From contig JBDRNC010000018.1 of the NCBI GenBank assembly GCA_043811535.1, forward strand, positions 32,001 to 96,000: 64,000 bases of DNA, read 5' to 3'. Position 1 is the first letter of the stretch. Each line of letters begins with the position of its first letter. Both the position numbers and the translations under genes were made by a program. Below, one piece after another: positions 29,801 to 38,759 of the stretch. The notes beneath the pieces were generated by a model that had not been told where the DNA came from, did not search any database, and worked only from the letters and a program-made list of their open reading frames with translations. Source of the stretch: Elusimicrobiota bacterium. GTDB taxonomy: Bacteria > Elusimicrobiota > Endomicrobiia > Endomicrobiales > JBDRNC01.

Positions 29801-30241
29801 TGAAAATATAGAGTAAGTAGTCCAGCCGAAAGGTTGCAGCGCATAATAATCGCCGTCGCCTGTTGAAATCTGATTTGACCCTCCCGGCCCGCGGAATGCG
29901 GGCATCATATTTTCGTAGGTTGAAAGGCATTTAACCGTCGCGGGATTGGCGCCGACTTTTTCATATATATGGAACGCGGCCTCATACAGCCAATACTGGG
30001 ACAGCCCCGGGTATTCCGGCACACCCCATGGTCCGAAAGCTCCGCTTATCGAATACATAAATGAATTTGCTCCAAATCCGCCTAATGCGATCCCCCTATT
30101 TACTGACTGAGAAGCCGGGCTGGGCGGCAAATCGCCTATGTCCCTGTGCCAGGCGCAAACCGGGATATCGAACAACGCGGAACAGCAATTTTCTGAAAAA
30201 AATAAAATCAATGATAAACATGCAATAAACCAGTATTTCAT
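26840..30241 (-). CDS. Secreted GH116 beta-glucosidase/glucosylceramidase-like protein with Ig/ZU5-like domains and a CHU_C-like C-terminal sorting domain
   Basis: GIALGGFGA, Y.ESSYP, FNELYY, PHDLG.P, WKDLP..F, DTTFDTW, EVWVG, PEAW, YMRPRAVW; C-terminus IITP.G.PG.ND...WDGKD..G...GGVYIYQI. Confidence 0.85.
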   Translation of the reverse strand: MKYWFIACLSLILFFSENCCSALFDIPVCAWHRDIGDLPPSPASQSVNRGIALGGFGANSFMYSISGAFGPWGVPEYPGLSQYWLYEAAFHIYEKVGANPATVKCLSTYENMMPAFRGPGGSNQISTGDGDYYALQPFGWTTYSIFSSDVESKFFSPIIADNYKESSYPIAVWHWKLHNKSATPTEISVMFTFPNAIYSNHVRTGFQSILNSSGAIKGIVLKAVDGTNTPETQNSEWCIAAYGIPGSTVSYVTSWNKSGDGGDIWDNFADDGVLSDSALDGSNSAGAIAVRVYLEPGQNVDIPIVLAWDFPLTKFKNVDGDGTEWWKKYTMYFSTNSDNSFNIAVEGLTKYLEWEDSVYAWMKPYVESTKLPEWLKTAAFNELYYSQFGGIFFEAGLKSGHVQEFEGLHENDYKHMEIECQAYTALSPLDVRHYNSIMYLLFWPDIEKTTLKVYADAIEYSPVPGGHPAHETPHDLGDPGFDPLFSFGYPWNGLLWKDLPSRFIQQCWRYYYFSQDKDFLDYVWPAIKDTFEYAKTLDTDSDYIINNQAGAFGDTTFDTWRFFGTGILCGGLWVGALEALEKMAQVESDPILSEVSTWLTNAKSNLNSQLWYSAGGYYKTDTAGDFPTAIMADGLNGQRYCEYTGLADILPKERMKAHLLKIYDKLVVPCTDYTSDGIGDVGALNGIKENGEKLGYQQSDEVWVGNTYSLAASMYRNGLKDEALKTAYGLYYTVYVNEETAYWFNVPEAWHCDGKNPRPPEWGANPSQYMRPRAVWELVSQIENGQNDDSSTPSNTDTTPPVITELVKPPERIGMIGGKLMFKISSTDPESSTQTVTFNYSVNSAAWVPAIVESSCTIYSMDLKDTITQSCTIQYFWTAVSSSGYASGTSTGTTIISQKTTVDNFISGKLTVDDGNPEDGNTSIDIPAGALSSPVNLSIEQKNRTDVQSGNPPADTQYPSTVYDFTAGSKETTFLKPVTLTMLYTDLDRNGIEDSSGKDERKMRMFWWDGLEWRFIGGKVDVDKKTVTVQVMHLSRYAVFSAKVLSADDYRPKEKIITPAGSPGKNDYAQFGVSGDIKINIYDVKGAKVRALENGLSIWDGKDENGDIVEGGVYIYQIKTETQLISGTILVVK

Positions 30242-30259
30242 TTGAAATAACCCCTCAAT

Positions 30260-31819
30260 TTACTTCCATAAATTCATAAATTGATAATATATTTTTCTCG
30301 GCGTTACTTTATCGAGGTTATTGTCCCCTTTCTCCACTTTTACAATGCCGTACCATTCTGCCGGCCAGGCCTCGGGAGGTTTTTCATGTTTCAAGGGGTT
30401 TCCGCTCTTCCACCATTCATCGGAATACGCCATAACGCAGCCGCCGATACAGATGTCTTTTTTCGCGGTAATCTTTGCCCATTCGGACAGGTCATACTTG
30501 GACTGAGAATCTTCGCCCTCAATATTGTCCTTGAAATCCCAGGCAGGAATGCCGTATTCCGCCACCCAAAACGGCTTTTTTGATATTTTCTTGTATTTGT
30601 CAATATTATCTTCGATAGGATATAATGTCGAACCCCAGCAATCCAACGCCCACATGGAATCATCGTCAATATTCATATTCACATCGCCGATAAAATCCAC
30701 TCCCGCATTAGCGGTTGTTACGGGGTGGTAATGAGCCCCTTCGATTTCATATGCAATCTCGGCTAATTCTTCAAGCAGGGTGTACCAAAAGTATTTATCC
30801 TTGTTATACCACGCGTTCATTTCATTCCCGGGACACCACATCAAAACCGCCGGATGCTTGCAGTACTTTTTAACATATTCCCTAAACTCATTTTTCACCT
30901 TGTTCCTGTCGGTACCTTTGGAAAAATCCAGCAGGTTCTGATTTATCCTAAATCCCATGATTACATATACACCGTATTTGCGCGCCATATCCAGCAATAG
31001 TTCATCTTCCACGGTCGCCCAGGTTCTTATCGTATTGCAACCCATTTTTTTTAGCAAAGAAAGATCTCTCTTAAGAATTCTTTTATCGCCGGAGAAATTA
31101 TAAGATTTGACTTCAAGGGTGTTCCAGTCTTCCCCAAACCCGATCGGAAGCGGGCTGTATCCAACACCCTTAACGAAGAATTCCCTGCCGTTTACTATTA
31201 ACTTATTATTTTCTAATCTTATCGTGCCCTTGCTGACCGGTTTCTCCTTTTTGGCTATTTGGGAATTTGTTCTTATCCAAATTCCAATATCATCGATGAA
31301 CAATTCCATTGAACCCTTAATGTATTTTAATCCAAATCCATTAATTTTAGACAAAGTCAGGCGCTTATCCCCATCTGTATTGCCTGAATCCCTGGAAACC
31401 TTCATTTTATCCACAGCTATGTTAACTTCATTCCATTTCCCATTATTCACCGGAATATCTTCAGACTCCCATAATTCATTATCTCTGTCTATGAGAAATA
31501 TCCTGACCACTCCGCTTTCACTTGATTTTAAATTGATTTTTATCATACTTAGTCCGGAGTAATTATCGTCACCGATGTCTATTACAAAACCATCTTCATT
31601 CTTATTTTTACCGAATTCTGCCATAGCCGAGTAACTCCCTTTATATATATTGTCCCGCTCGCCGCATATATTCACATCCGCTTTATACTCCTCGCCGTAT
31701 TTCAGGAATAAAAATCCTTTTTCAAAACCGATATCTTTAACCCTCTTGTCTTCCGGATGCGCCGGTGTCAAGGCCATTAATAATACGCATGCCAGAAGAA
31801 TTAATTGTTGTGCTTTCAT
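30260..31819 (-). CDS. Secreted CBM11/CIA30-like + GH2-type TIM-barrel glycoside hydrolase
   Basis: FFVKGVGY.P, MGCNTIRTW, W..GNE, AEYG, DEWWK. Confidence 0.75.
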   Translation of the reverse strand: MKAQQLILLACVLLMALTPAHPEDKRVKDIGFEKGFLFLKYGEEYKADVNICGERDNIYKGSYSAMAEFGKNKNEDGFVIDIGDDNYSGLSMIKINLKSSESGVVRIFLIDRDNELWESEDIPVNNGKWNEVNIAVDKMKVSRDSGNTDGDKRLTLSKINGFGLKYIKGSMELFIDDIGIWIRTNSQIAKKEKPVSKGTIRLENNKLIVNGREFFVKGVGYSPLPIGFGEDWNTLEVKSYNFSGDKRILKRDLSLLKKMGCNTIRTWATVEDELLLDMARKYGVYVIMGFRINQNLLDFSKGTDRNKVKNEFREYVKKYCKHPAVLMWCPGNEMNAWYNKDKYFWYTLLEELAEIAYEIEGAHYHPVTTANAGVDFIGDVNMNIDDDSMWALDCWGSTLYPIEDNIDKYKKISKKPFWVAEYGIPAWDFKDNIEGEDSQSKYDLSEWAKITAKKDICIGGCVMAYSDEWWKSGNPLKHEKPPEAWPAEWYGIVKVEKGDNNLDKVTPRKIYYQFMNLWK

Positions 31820-32685
31820 TTGAAGACCTCTATTTCATATATTGAATAACCGTATTTACTGGTTCTTTCTTCGCAAAATATCCTAATATAACTTACCGGG
31901 GTAGGAACAAACTTTATTATCTTTTCCTCTCCTTCCTTTCCGTCTTCAACTTCCGCTTTATTAATCCATTCAATCCCGTCATTCGAAGTCTGAATTTCAT
32001 ATTTTTTTGCAGAGGCATTTTCCCATTGTATTTTCACTCCTTTTACTGTAATTTGATCCCCAAGTTTAATGACGAGCCACGCGGAGTCGCTCCATTCCGA
32101 TTCCCATCTTGTTTCTTTATTACCGTCAAAGGCGAATTCCGCGAGATTACTGTCCTTCTCTGAAGAAGCCCTAACTATTTGTTCTTCGACATTAAATAAC
32201 ACCTCGCGTATTGAATACCCGTATTCAGTAGCTCTTTTAATCCCGGTAATTTTAATATATTTCGCTTCAACGGGAGCAAAATCTATTCTCCTCTGTTCTC
32301 CCTTTCTGCCGTAACGGACACTCACTATTTTGCGCCAAATATTTCCGTCATTTGACGAACTTATCTCATAATCTATTGCCGAAGCTGTTTCCCATCTTAT
32401 TAAAACATTGCCGATAAGTTCTTTTTTCGTGAATTCAAACTGTATCCAACCGGGATCGATCCACTCTGATTCCCATCTCGTCTCAATATTCGCGTCTATC
32501 GCGTTTCGGGCTGAATTATCGTCTTTTTCCGAAGACGCCTTGACAGAAGCTATTTCATTCTTCGGAATCGCAATTATCCTTTTACTTATCACCCCGTAAA
32601 CATGGACACAGGAAAGGAACAATATGAAAAACAACATCGGAACAAAACGCTGCCTGATATCAATTATCTTCATGCATAGCTCCAT
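31816..32685 (-). CDS. Tandem F5/8 type C (discoidin/CBM32) protein
   Basis: Two repeats of ASSEKD...A.D.N.ETRWESEW.D..W...YGYSI.E. Confidence 0.85.
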   Translation of the reverse strand: MELCMKIIDIRQRFVPMLFFILFLSCVHVYGVISKRIIAIPKNEIASVKASSEKDDNSARNAIDANIETRWESEWIDPGWIQFEFTKKELIGNVLIRWETASAIDYEISSSNDGNIWRKIVSVRYGRKGEQRRIDFAPVEAKYIKITGIKRATEYGYSIREVLFNVEEQIVRASSEKDSNLAEFAFDGNKETRWESEWSDSAWLVIKLGDQITVKGVKIQWENASAKKYEIQTSNDGIEWINKAEVEDGKEGEEKIIKFVPTPVSYIRIFCEERTSKYGYSIYEIEVFK

Positions 32686-32691
32686 TATTAC

Positions 32692-33729
32692 CTAATTAGA
32701 AACTGCTTGCGCTGCTGATTCACGGACCATAAGAAGTACCGGCAGCCTCTTTTTTAATGCGCCTGCGTCTTTGTAATCGTTAATTAAGAACTCGGCTCCA
32801 AGCTTACCCATTTCTTTCAGAGGCTGCCGGATTGTTGTCAATTGCGGGGAGAATTTAGAAGATGCCGGGATATCGTCAAATCCTATAATGGAAATATCCC
32901 CGGGCACGGAAAGCCCATTTTGCTGTATCGCCTTGACGGCACCCATTGCCATAAGGTCATTACAAGCAAAAATCGCCGTAGGGCGGATTTTATTAGAAAG
33001 TAGTTTTACCGCGGCTTCAAAACCCGATTTTTCATCATAGTTGCCTTCCATGACCAGTTCCTTATGAAGAGGGATGTTGTTGTCTTGAAGCGCCATGCGG
33101 TAGCCGCTTTCGCGTTCAAAAGCGTCGGCACGGCCGGACGGACCCTTAATAATGGCGATCCTTTCATGGCCAAGGGTTATCAGATGTTTTGTTGCCGTAT
33201 AAACGCCCTTCTCGTTCTCAACATCAATATAGCTTACATCCCTGTAATCATGATTGGCACCCAGTATTACAAAAAGTATATTTTCCTTTATCAGCCGGTC
33301 TATAATCGTATCTTCCTTATCCGGGGAAAGTATAAGGAAGCCCTGTACCATGCCGGCATGATACCATTTCCCGACATTGACATCATTGCGGTCGTACGGA
33401 TTTACGTTATAAATGACAAGATCATAGTTTTTTGAAGCGACCGTTTCCTGGATGCCATGCAGTATTTCATTGAAATAACTTACTGTTAACAAATAATCGA
33501 AATTAAAATCCTTAATTACAAGGCCAAGTGCTCTGACCTTTGCGCGGCTGGGTAAATTACTTGCGAATATATTTCTATGATAATTAAGCTTCTTAATGGC
33601 AAGCATGACCTTTTGCCGGGTTTCCTCCTTTACAGCCGTGCCGTTGTTCACGACACGCGATACTGTCATTGGAGAAACATTTGCCAGCGACGCCACTGTT
33701 TTAATTGTTGCTTTTAGTTCGGCTTCCAT
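32692..33729 (-). CDS. LacI-family transcriptional regulator (ORF extends to 33762)
   Basis: TIK.VA.LANVS.MTVSRV.N HTH; VPGDISIIGFDD, LTTIRQP; GAGGTG RBS before the ATG at 33729. Confidence 0.95.
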   Translation of the reverse strand: MEAELKATIKTVASLANVSPMTVSRVVNNGTAVKEETRQKVMLAIKKLNYHRNIFASNLPSRAKVRALGLVIKDFNFDYLLTVSYFNEILHGIQETVASKNYDLVIYNVNPYDRNDVNVGKWYHAGMVQGFLILSPDKEDTIIDRLIKENILFVILGANHDYRDVSYIDVENEKGVYTATKHLITLGHERIAIIKGPSGRADAFERESGYRMALQDNNIPLHKELVMEGNYDEKSGFEAAVKLLSNKIRPTAIFACNDLMAMGAVKAIQQNGLSVPGDISIIGFDDIPASSKFSPQLTTIRQPLKEMGKLGAEFLINDYKDAGALKKRLPVLLMVRESAAQAVSN

Positions 33730-33783
33730 TTTTTCACCTCTCTTCAAATGCAGGTATGTCAAATTTGGGCGGCTATTGTGTTT

Positions 33784-33868
33784 ATGGTAACGTTACCATT
33801 TATTTGTCACTACAACTATAGCACGAGATTATATTCTTGTCAAGCCCCAAATGGTAACGTTACCATTT
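33784..33868 (-). promoter_or_regulatory. Sigma70 promoter flanked by two perfect LacI-type operators
   Basis: TTGACA(33843-33838)-17bp-TATAGT(33820-33815) with extended -10 TG; ATGGTAACGTTACCAT at 33784-33799 and AAATGGTAACGTTACCATTT at 33849-33868. Confidence 0.9.
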
Positions 33869-33940
33869 TAGTCTATTTGTTACCGTCGTAAAAATTGCAA
33901 CATTTCCTAACAAAAATATTTATTTTCACCATTTGACAAC

Positions 33941-33969
33941 AAAAAACCGCGGGGCATTTCCCGCGGTTT
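33941..33969 (-). terminator. Intrinsic terminator upstream of the lacI promoter
   Basis: AAACCGCGGG/CCCGCGGTTT stem followed by a U-run on the minus strand. Confidence 0.65.
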
Positions 33970-33996
33970 ACAGAACAAGGATATGGTCCGGAATCT

Positions 33997-34036
33997 GTTC
34001 CACCTACCCTAAAGGACGCTTCGCAACGCGGTGGAA
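33997..34036 (+). repeat. 40-bp structured repeat, copy 2
   Basis: GTTCCACCTACCCTAAAGGACGCTTCGCAACGCGGTGGAA. Confidence 0.88.
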
Positions 34037-34094
34037 TGAACGGTTATAATATTCTATTGCCGCCACCAAACCGGGTTTGGTGATGGCTAATGGC

Positions 34095-34230
34095 CGCGAA
34101 TAGAACGGAATTCCTATTCGCGCACCCGCGAATAGCGCTAAAATCACATTGATTTATCAATAAATCTCTATTCGCGCTTTTATTCGCGGACTATTCGCTG
34201 TATAAAGCCGCGAATAGTTACCGCGAATAG
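34095..34230. repeat. Cluster of eight CGCGAATAG nonamers (4 forward, 4 reverse)
   Basis: Forward at 34095, 34127, 34209, 34222; reverse at 34114, 34168, 34180 (1 mismatch) and 34191 (1 mismatch). Confidence 0.88.
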
Positions 34231-34236
34231 AGCATT

Positions 34237-34404
34237 TTAGGGAAGCGTGTAATACCTGTATCTGCCTAAACCTACCGCTTTCAGTTTGGCGGTTTTTTCA
34301 AGCTCGTTTAGCAGGCGGTATGCCTGATCCTTGCTCAAACCGAACTCCAACTGGCAATCGCCGTTGTCTATTTTGCTTTTTTCGCGGCAAAAATCAACGC
34401 GCAT
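34237..34404 (-). pseudogene. C-terminal winged-helix remnant cut at the 52-bp repeat
   Basis: Manual translation MRVDFCREKSKIDNGDCQLEFGLSKDQAYRLLNELEKTAKLKAVGLGRYRYYTLP*; resembles wHTH tails of AlbA/RecG-C or Fic-type proteins. Confidence 0.6.
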
Positions 34405-34441
34405 TTTCGGCGGATTTATGTTACCCGTAACCGTTTACCCG
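34390..34441 (+). repeat. 52-bp perfect direct repeat, copy 2 (includes last 26 nt of the YfhO-like gene)
   Basis: Identical to 25653-25704. Confidence 0.97.
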
Positions 34442-36335
34442 AAAGAGGAATGCGGCCGTATATCAACATAAAAAGAGTGAAAAGGAACGCGAAAAACGAT
34501 ATTATCATCCCGGCAATGAAAGATAACGGAAAATATGTGAATTCAACTGTGCTTTTTCCCTGCGGCACATCTCCCGCTATAAAAGCGCTCTCATGGATTT
34601 TGCCCGCTATTGCTTTCCCGTTCACAACTAACTTCCAGCCCGGATAAGCTATTTCGGACAAAACGACGAGGCCCGGAGATTTGGATATAACTTCCACTTT
34701 CGCGTAACCGTTCCCGTATTCAAGCAAATGCACGCTGTTCTTCCCCTTTCCCGCAAATGTCACGGGATAGACCGCGGTACTCCTGGACAGCACTTTAATA
34801 TTATTCCTGTTCAGTTCATTTTTTACATCGGAAATAGTTATGATCTTTGATATCGCGGCCAGGTCTATTATCCCGGAACCGGGCCCCTCAAGGAACAATC
34901 TTTCTTTTATCTTCCTGGACAGCCTGGTCTCGAGAACCTGATAGCTGTTTACTTCTCTGATGCCGAAAACAGTCCCGTATGAAGGAACGAGGTAATCTTT
35001 CATCAGCATAAAGTCATCTTCAGTTTTTAACCTTGCTTGCTCCCATTTGCTCAATAGTAAATCCGTATGATATATTCTTGTATTTGACTTGATAGTCCCG
35101 GCTAAGGATGGCATGTCTGACAAGAAAGCGGGCGTCATCCATGCTGATTTCGTGAAAAACGAAAACACGACCAGTTCCAGCAGAGATATAATGACTATAG
35201 CGACTTTTATTTTAACATTTTTTACCAAAAACACGCCCGAAGCAAAAAGAAGCGCCGCTAATCCGGCGGACAGCATCAACCAGTTGGCGGGAAATCTAAA
35301 GACGCGCAAAAAAGGAATAAATTTGTAAATGTAGATATTAGAACCCAAACTTAACATAAGGGTAACGGCGAAAAAAAGCATCAAATACCTTTCCAGGACA
35401 CGGCCCCGTAACGCAGAATACACCGCAACGGCAAAGACGGTCAAACCCGTATAGTACGTGACAATCGCGGGATCCCCGGAAATAGAAGGGCTGAAATATA
35501 CCCACAAGGGAATTACTAATTCTTTTAAAAGCTGAATCAACGGAATGGAGTAATGAACGGCAATTTCGCTGTTGACGAATATTCCGCGGATTGAATTAAC
35601 CATTAATTCAATAAAAGGAATGATTTGGAATGCTCCGAGGCAAAAAGCTAAAAGCGAACCCAGCAAATACGCTTTGATGCCGTCTTTGCCCTGGAACAGT
35701 GAAACTATCATCACAGCAAACATCACAAGCAAAAAAAATGGAGGAAAGCCCGCGGTCCAGGCCAGGAATGTAGAAATCGCGAACCCGGCGGCTGATTTCC
35801 TGAGCTGGAAATATGCCACCGCGGGAAGATACGCCGCCGCGGCAAAATGATTTGGAATGGTAATGCGGGCGACAAAAAACCCGTTAAAAGCGAATACAAA
35901 GGCGGCCGCAAGCGCCGCGTATTTGTCCTTGAATATGAATTTTGCCAGCAGGAATCCGAATATGGCCGCGATCAGGGAGTGTACAAATGCCCACGTCCCG
36001 ATGAAAAGGTGATAACTTTTTATCGGCAGAAGGAGCCACATCACCGGATAAGCAGCCAGCGTCGCGGGGTTGGCCAGAAACGGTTCCCCCATATTCTTGA
36101 ACGTGTTCCATAAAGGCAGCTTATGCCCTTCGAACAGAGATGCCCGCAGAATGCGCCAGTCGGGATACGAAAGAGTGATAGTAGTGCCGTCAACAGGTAT
36201 CAGCCCCTGGAAAACAACACGATGCCACACAAGCAGGAATGCTATCAGGAATAATATCCCGAAAACTGCGTGTTGAATAATTTTCTTTTTCATTTTATTA
36301 TCGTTTCTATATGCAAAAACAGCTGTACCTTTCAC
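34416..36335 (-). CDS. YfhO-family (GT-C-like) multi-pass membrane protein (likely start 36293)
   Basis: PLWN...MGEPFLANP, many TM helices, RFP, LSE..YPGW..VNG, G...VEFTY.P. Confidence 0.8.
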   Translation of the reverse strand: MKGTAVFAYRNDNKMKKKIIQHAVFGILFLIAFLLVWHRVVFQGLIPVDGTTITLSYPDWRILRASLFEGHKLPLWNTFKNMGEPFLANPATLAAYPVMWLLLPIKSYHLFIGTWAFVHSLIAAIFGFLLAKFIFKDKYAALAAAFVFAFNGFFVARITIPNHFAAAAYLPAVAYFQLRKSAAGFAISTFLAWTAGFPPFFLLVMFAVMIVSLFQGKDGIKAYLLGSLLAFCLGAFQIIPFIELMVNSIRGIFVNSEIAVHYSIPLIQLLKELVIPLWVYFSPSISGDPAIVTYYTGLTVFAVAVYSALRGRVLERYLMLFFAVTLMLSLGSNIYIYKFIPFLRVFRFPANWLMLSAGLAALLFASGVFLVKNVKIKVAIVIISLLELVVFSFFTKSAWMTPAFLSDMPSLAGTIKSNTRIYHTDLLLSKWEQARLKTEDDFMLMKDYLVPSYGTVFGIREVNSYQVLETRLSRKIKERLFLEGPGSGIIDLAAISKIITISDVKNELNRNNIKVLSRSTAVYPVTFAGKGKNSVHLLEYGNGYAKVEVISKSPGLVVLSEIAYPGWKLVVNGKAIAGKIHESAFIAGDVPQGKSTVEFTYFPLSFIAGMIISFFAFLFTLFMLIYGRIPLSGKRLRVT

Positions 36336-36483
36336 AGAGAGACATGTTCCGCATGCATTAATACCGGAAAAATACGGCCTGTTTGGAAATTGTACCAGTA
36401 AAGTTGTATAAAATCAAGCGGAAGACATGCGAAGGAAACAACTGAAGGAATAACAAATTCGGGCGGTTATAGATATTTGCGGT

Positions 36484-36551
36484 TGCCATCCCGCCACATC
36501 GTAAGTGGCAGGGAGGCATTAGACGACAAGACGGAAGAGGGAAGACGGAAG
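36484..36551 (+). repeat. 68-bp perfect direct repeat, copy 1
   Basis: TGCCATCCCGCCACATCGTAAGTGGCAGGGAGGCATTAGACGACAAGACGGAAGAGGGAAGACGGAAG, identical to 38968-39035. Confidence 0.97.
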
Positions 36552-36776
36552 ATGGAAGTCGGAATCTTGAAATCTTTCAATCCACCTACGCCCAATGCAA
36601 ACCGGGCTTCGGCGGATTTCAGCTTGCTGTCAACAACTTATTCATTTACGAGCTCGCGCCCGTAGAGCTTCAATCTTTAAATCTTGCAATATCTTTCCAA
36701 GTCACGAGTCACTGGGCACTTGTATTTATGAGGCTATTTCGGCCCCCTTATTTAGTATTGTGTCCCCGGAATTTCC

Positions 36777-38759
36777 TCATTGTTTTACCTCTTGGCATTC
36801 TTTTATCATGATATCAATATTTTTTAATCCGGGATTTAGTTTTTTGGCAATCGTAAACTCTTTTATTGCCTGGCCGTATTCCTGCATACTCATATATACA
36901 ACGCCCAGGTAATAGCGGATCAAAGGATCGTTTTTGTCAATCTCTTTTGCGATATTTAATGTCTTTTCTGCTTCTTTATACATCCCTTGTTCGCAATAAA
37001 TCATTCCCATATTTATGTGTAATATTTTGTTGCCTGGATTAACTTTGATTGCTTTCCTGTAAACATCAATACCTTTATTGAATTTCTTGTTATAGAAATA
37101 CAGCCTTAGTTCCGACTTAGATATTTCCACAAAAAACATATCATCGGTATTGCTTTTTTCGGCCTCAAGATACATCTCCTCGGCCTCGCTGTATTTACCC
37201 AGCTGTAAATATAAGTTACCAAGCGCTAAATACGCGCCCGAAAACATGGGATTTACTTTTATCGCATTTTCATATTCTTTTATCGCATTGCCATAGTCCC
37301 CTTTATTCGCGTATGATTTTGCCAGATAATAATAACAGTGGTGCACGTCCAATTCCCGTACTTTTTGGTTACAAATCAGCCACAAACCGATAAACCCGGC
37401 TAATATAACCGCTATCAGTTTTTTATTCCGAATATTGACAATAATACTATTTATTCCGACGGCTGCAAATATAATTAGAAATGGCGTCATGACTATCCTG
37501 TATCTGGACGTGACAAAAAACAGCACCAAGAATGCCGCATAACCTAATATAATGCCGTATATAGCGAGGTATTTCTTATACTCTCTTAGACTGAATGCCA
37601 TCCCGATAATTGCAATCGGCAGCATAAGGCCGAATGTAAATATGTCACTTCTTAGAATATAAGAGAACCTTTTGTCGAAATCATAATATGTGTTGTCGGG
37701 AGCCTCATAGTCATTTAGCAGGTATTTCACTTTGTCAACCGCTAATCCCAGGTAATGAAGCTTATTATTTGCAATATATCTAATTCCTTCTATAAACCAG
37801 TATTTTGAGCTTTCTGATGGTTTTAACATCCTCCCCAACCTTTTATTTGCTTCCATTTTCACGCTTTCATGCTCATCGGGACCGAATATGTACCTGTCCT
37901 CCACTATTTTAGGCATTACCCACAAACCCTTCGATTCTCCGTTATTCCCTATATAAAAATTCAATCCGGCGCTATCCGTCAGCAATACGAGATCCTTCCC
38001 AACGATATAGTTTCTGACTGTAAACGGGATGACGAATACTATTGTAGCCAGGCAGAATAAAGCCATTCTCGACAATTTATCGACCAGCATCATTTGGCTA
38101 TTTCTTATCTGAATGATGATCGGCGCCAACAAGAGAAATATTCCCACATTAGGCCTGAGTATCATTGAAAATCCCATGAATATTCCGGACAATAAATAAT
38201 TGTATTTATCGTCATGATTCACTAAAAAGTAAATCATCATTACATTGCTGAATATCAGTATTGTTTCGTTCAGTATATTGTGACTAAAATAAATAAGCGG
38301 GGCATAGAAAGCTGTTAATACGCCCGCAATTATACCTGTTCTTTTACTTTCAACTCCACACGCTATTTTATATACGAACACGCAAGTAAAAGCACTTACT
38401 ATAATTTGTATTATTCTTACCGCATTTACATTAATCCCGAATAACGAATAGACAATTGCAAGAAATATCGAATATACGGGACTTAATGAAAATACCCTGT
38501 TATTGAAGGAATAATCACCATTTAGAAGCCTTAAAGCTGAATTATGGTAAAAGCTAAAATCAGCTATCAAATTTATATCCGCTGGATTCCTGTTCATTTC
38601 AAAGAAGTAAATAAATCTTACGGCAAATGCCAATGCGAATATGGCAAGCATTATGATATAATCGTTTTTCTTGTGCTTTTCTTCTGCTGATAATTCTCTG
38701 ATCATATCCCCTTTCTCTTTACAAATTATTAATATTATAAGAATTCCTGCCGAAAGCAT
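36777..38759 (-). CDS. GT39/PMT-like membrane glycosyltransferase with C-terminal TPRs (likely start 38705)
   Basis: P.Y..FLA..Y.LFG, L.RPN, P.T.RN, G.NFYIGNN, RYR motifs, then TPR repeats; markedly AT-rich. Confidence 0.82.
   Translation of the reverse strand: MLSAGILIILIICKEKGDMIRELSAEEKHKKNDYIIMLAIFALAFAVRFIYFFEMNRNPADINLIADFSFYHNSALRLLNGDYSFNNRVFSLSPVYSIFLAIVYSLFGINVNAVRIIQIIVSAFTCVFVYKIACGVESKRTGIIAGVLTAFYAPLIYFSHNILNETILIFSNVMMIYFLVNHDDKYNYLLSGIFMGFSMILRPNVGIFLLLAPIIIQIRNSQMMLVDKLSRMALFCLATIVFVIPFTVRNYIVGKDLVLLTDSAGLNFYIGNNGESKGLWVMPKIVEDRYIFGPDEHESVKMEANKRLGRMLKPSESSKYWFIEGIRYIANNKLHYLGLAVDKVKYLLNDYEAPDNTYYDFDKRFSYILRSDIFTFGLMLPIAIIGMAFSLREYKKYLAIYGIILGYAAFLVLFFVTSRYRIVMTPFLIIFAAVGINSIIVNIRNKKLIAVILAGFIGLWLICNQKVRELDVHHCYYYLAKSYANKGDYGNAIKEYENAIKVNPMFSGAYLALGNLYLQLGKYSEAEEMYLEAEKSNTDDMFFVEISKSELRLYFYNKKFNKGIDVYRKAIKVNPGNKILHINMGMIYCEQGMYKEAEKTLNIAKEIDKNDPLIRYYLGVVYMSMQEYGQAIKEFTIAKKLNPGLKNIDIMIKECQEVKQ

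Larger units (their letters stand above)
25705..34389. mobile_element. Genomic islet (LacI-regulated glycan cluster) bounded by 52-bp direct repeats; no integrase
   Basis: Perfect flanking repeats, visibly AT-richer genes, and a truncated gene at the right boundary. Confidence 0.7.

Noticed and set aside
36506..36513. TGGCAGGG in the 68-bp repeat as a tRNA-Met att remnant
   Set aside because: Only 8 bp match, and it is explained as one arm of the local hairpin.
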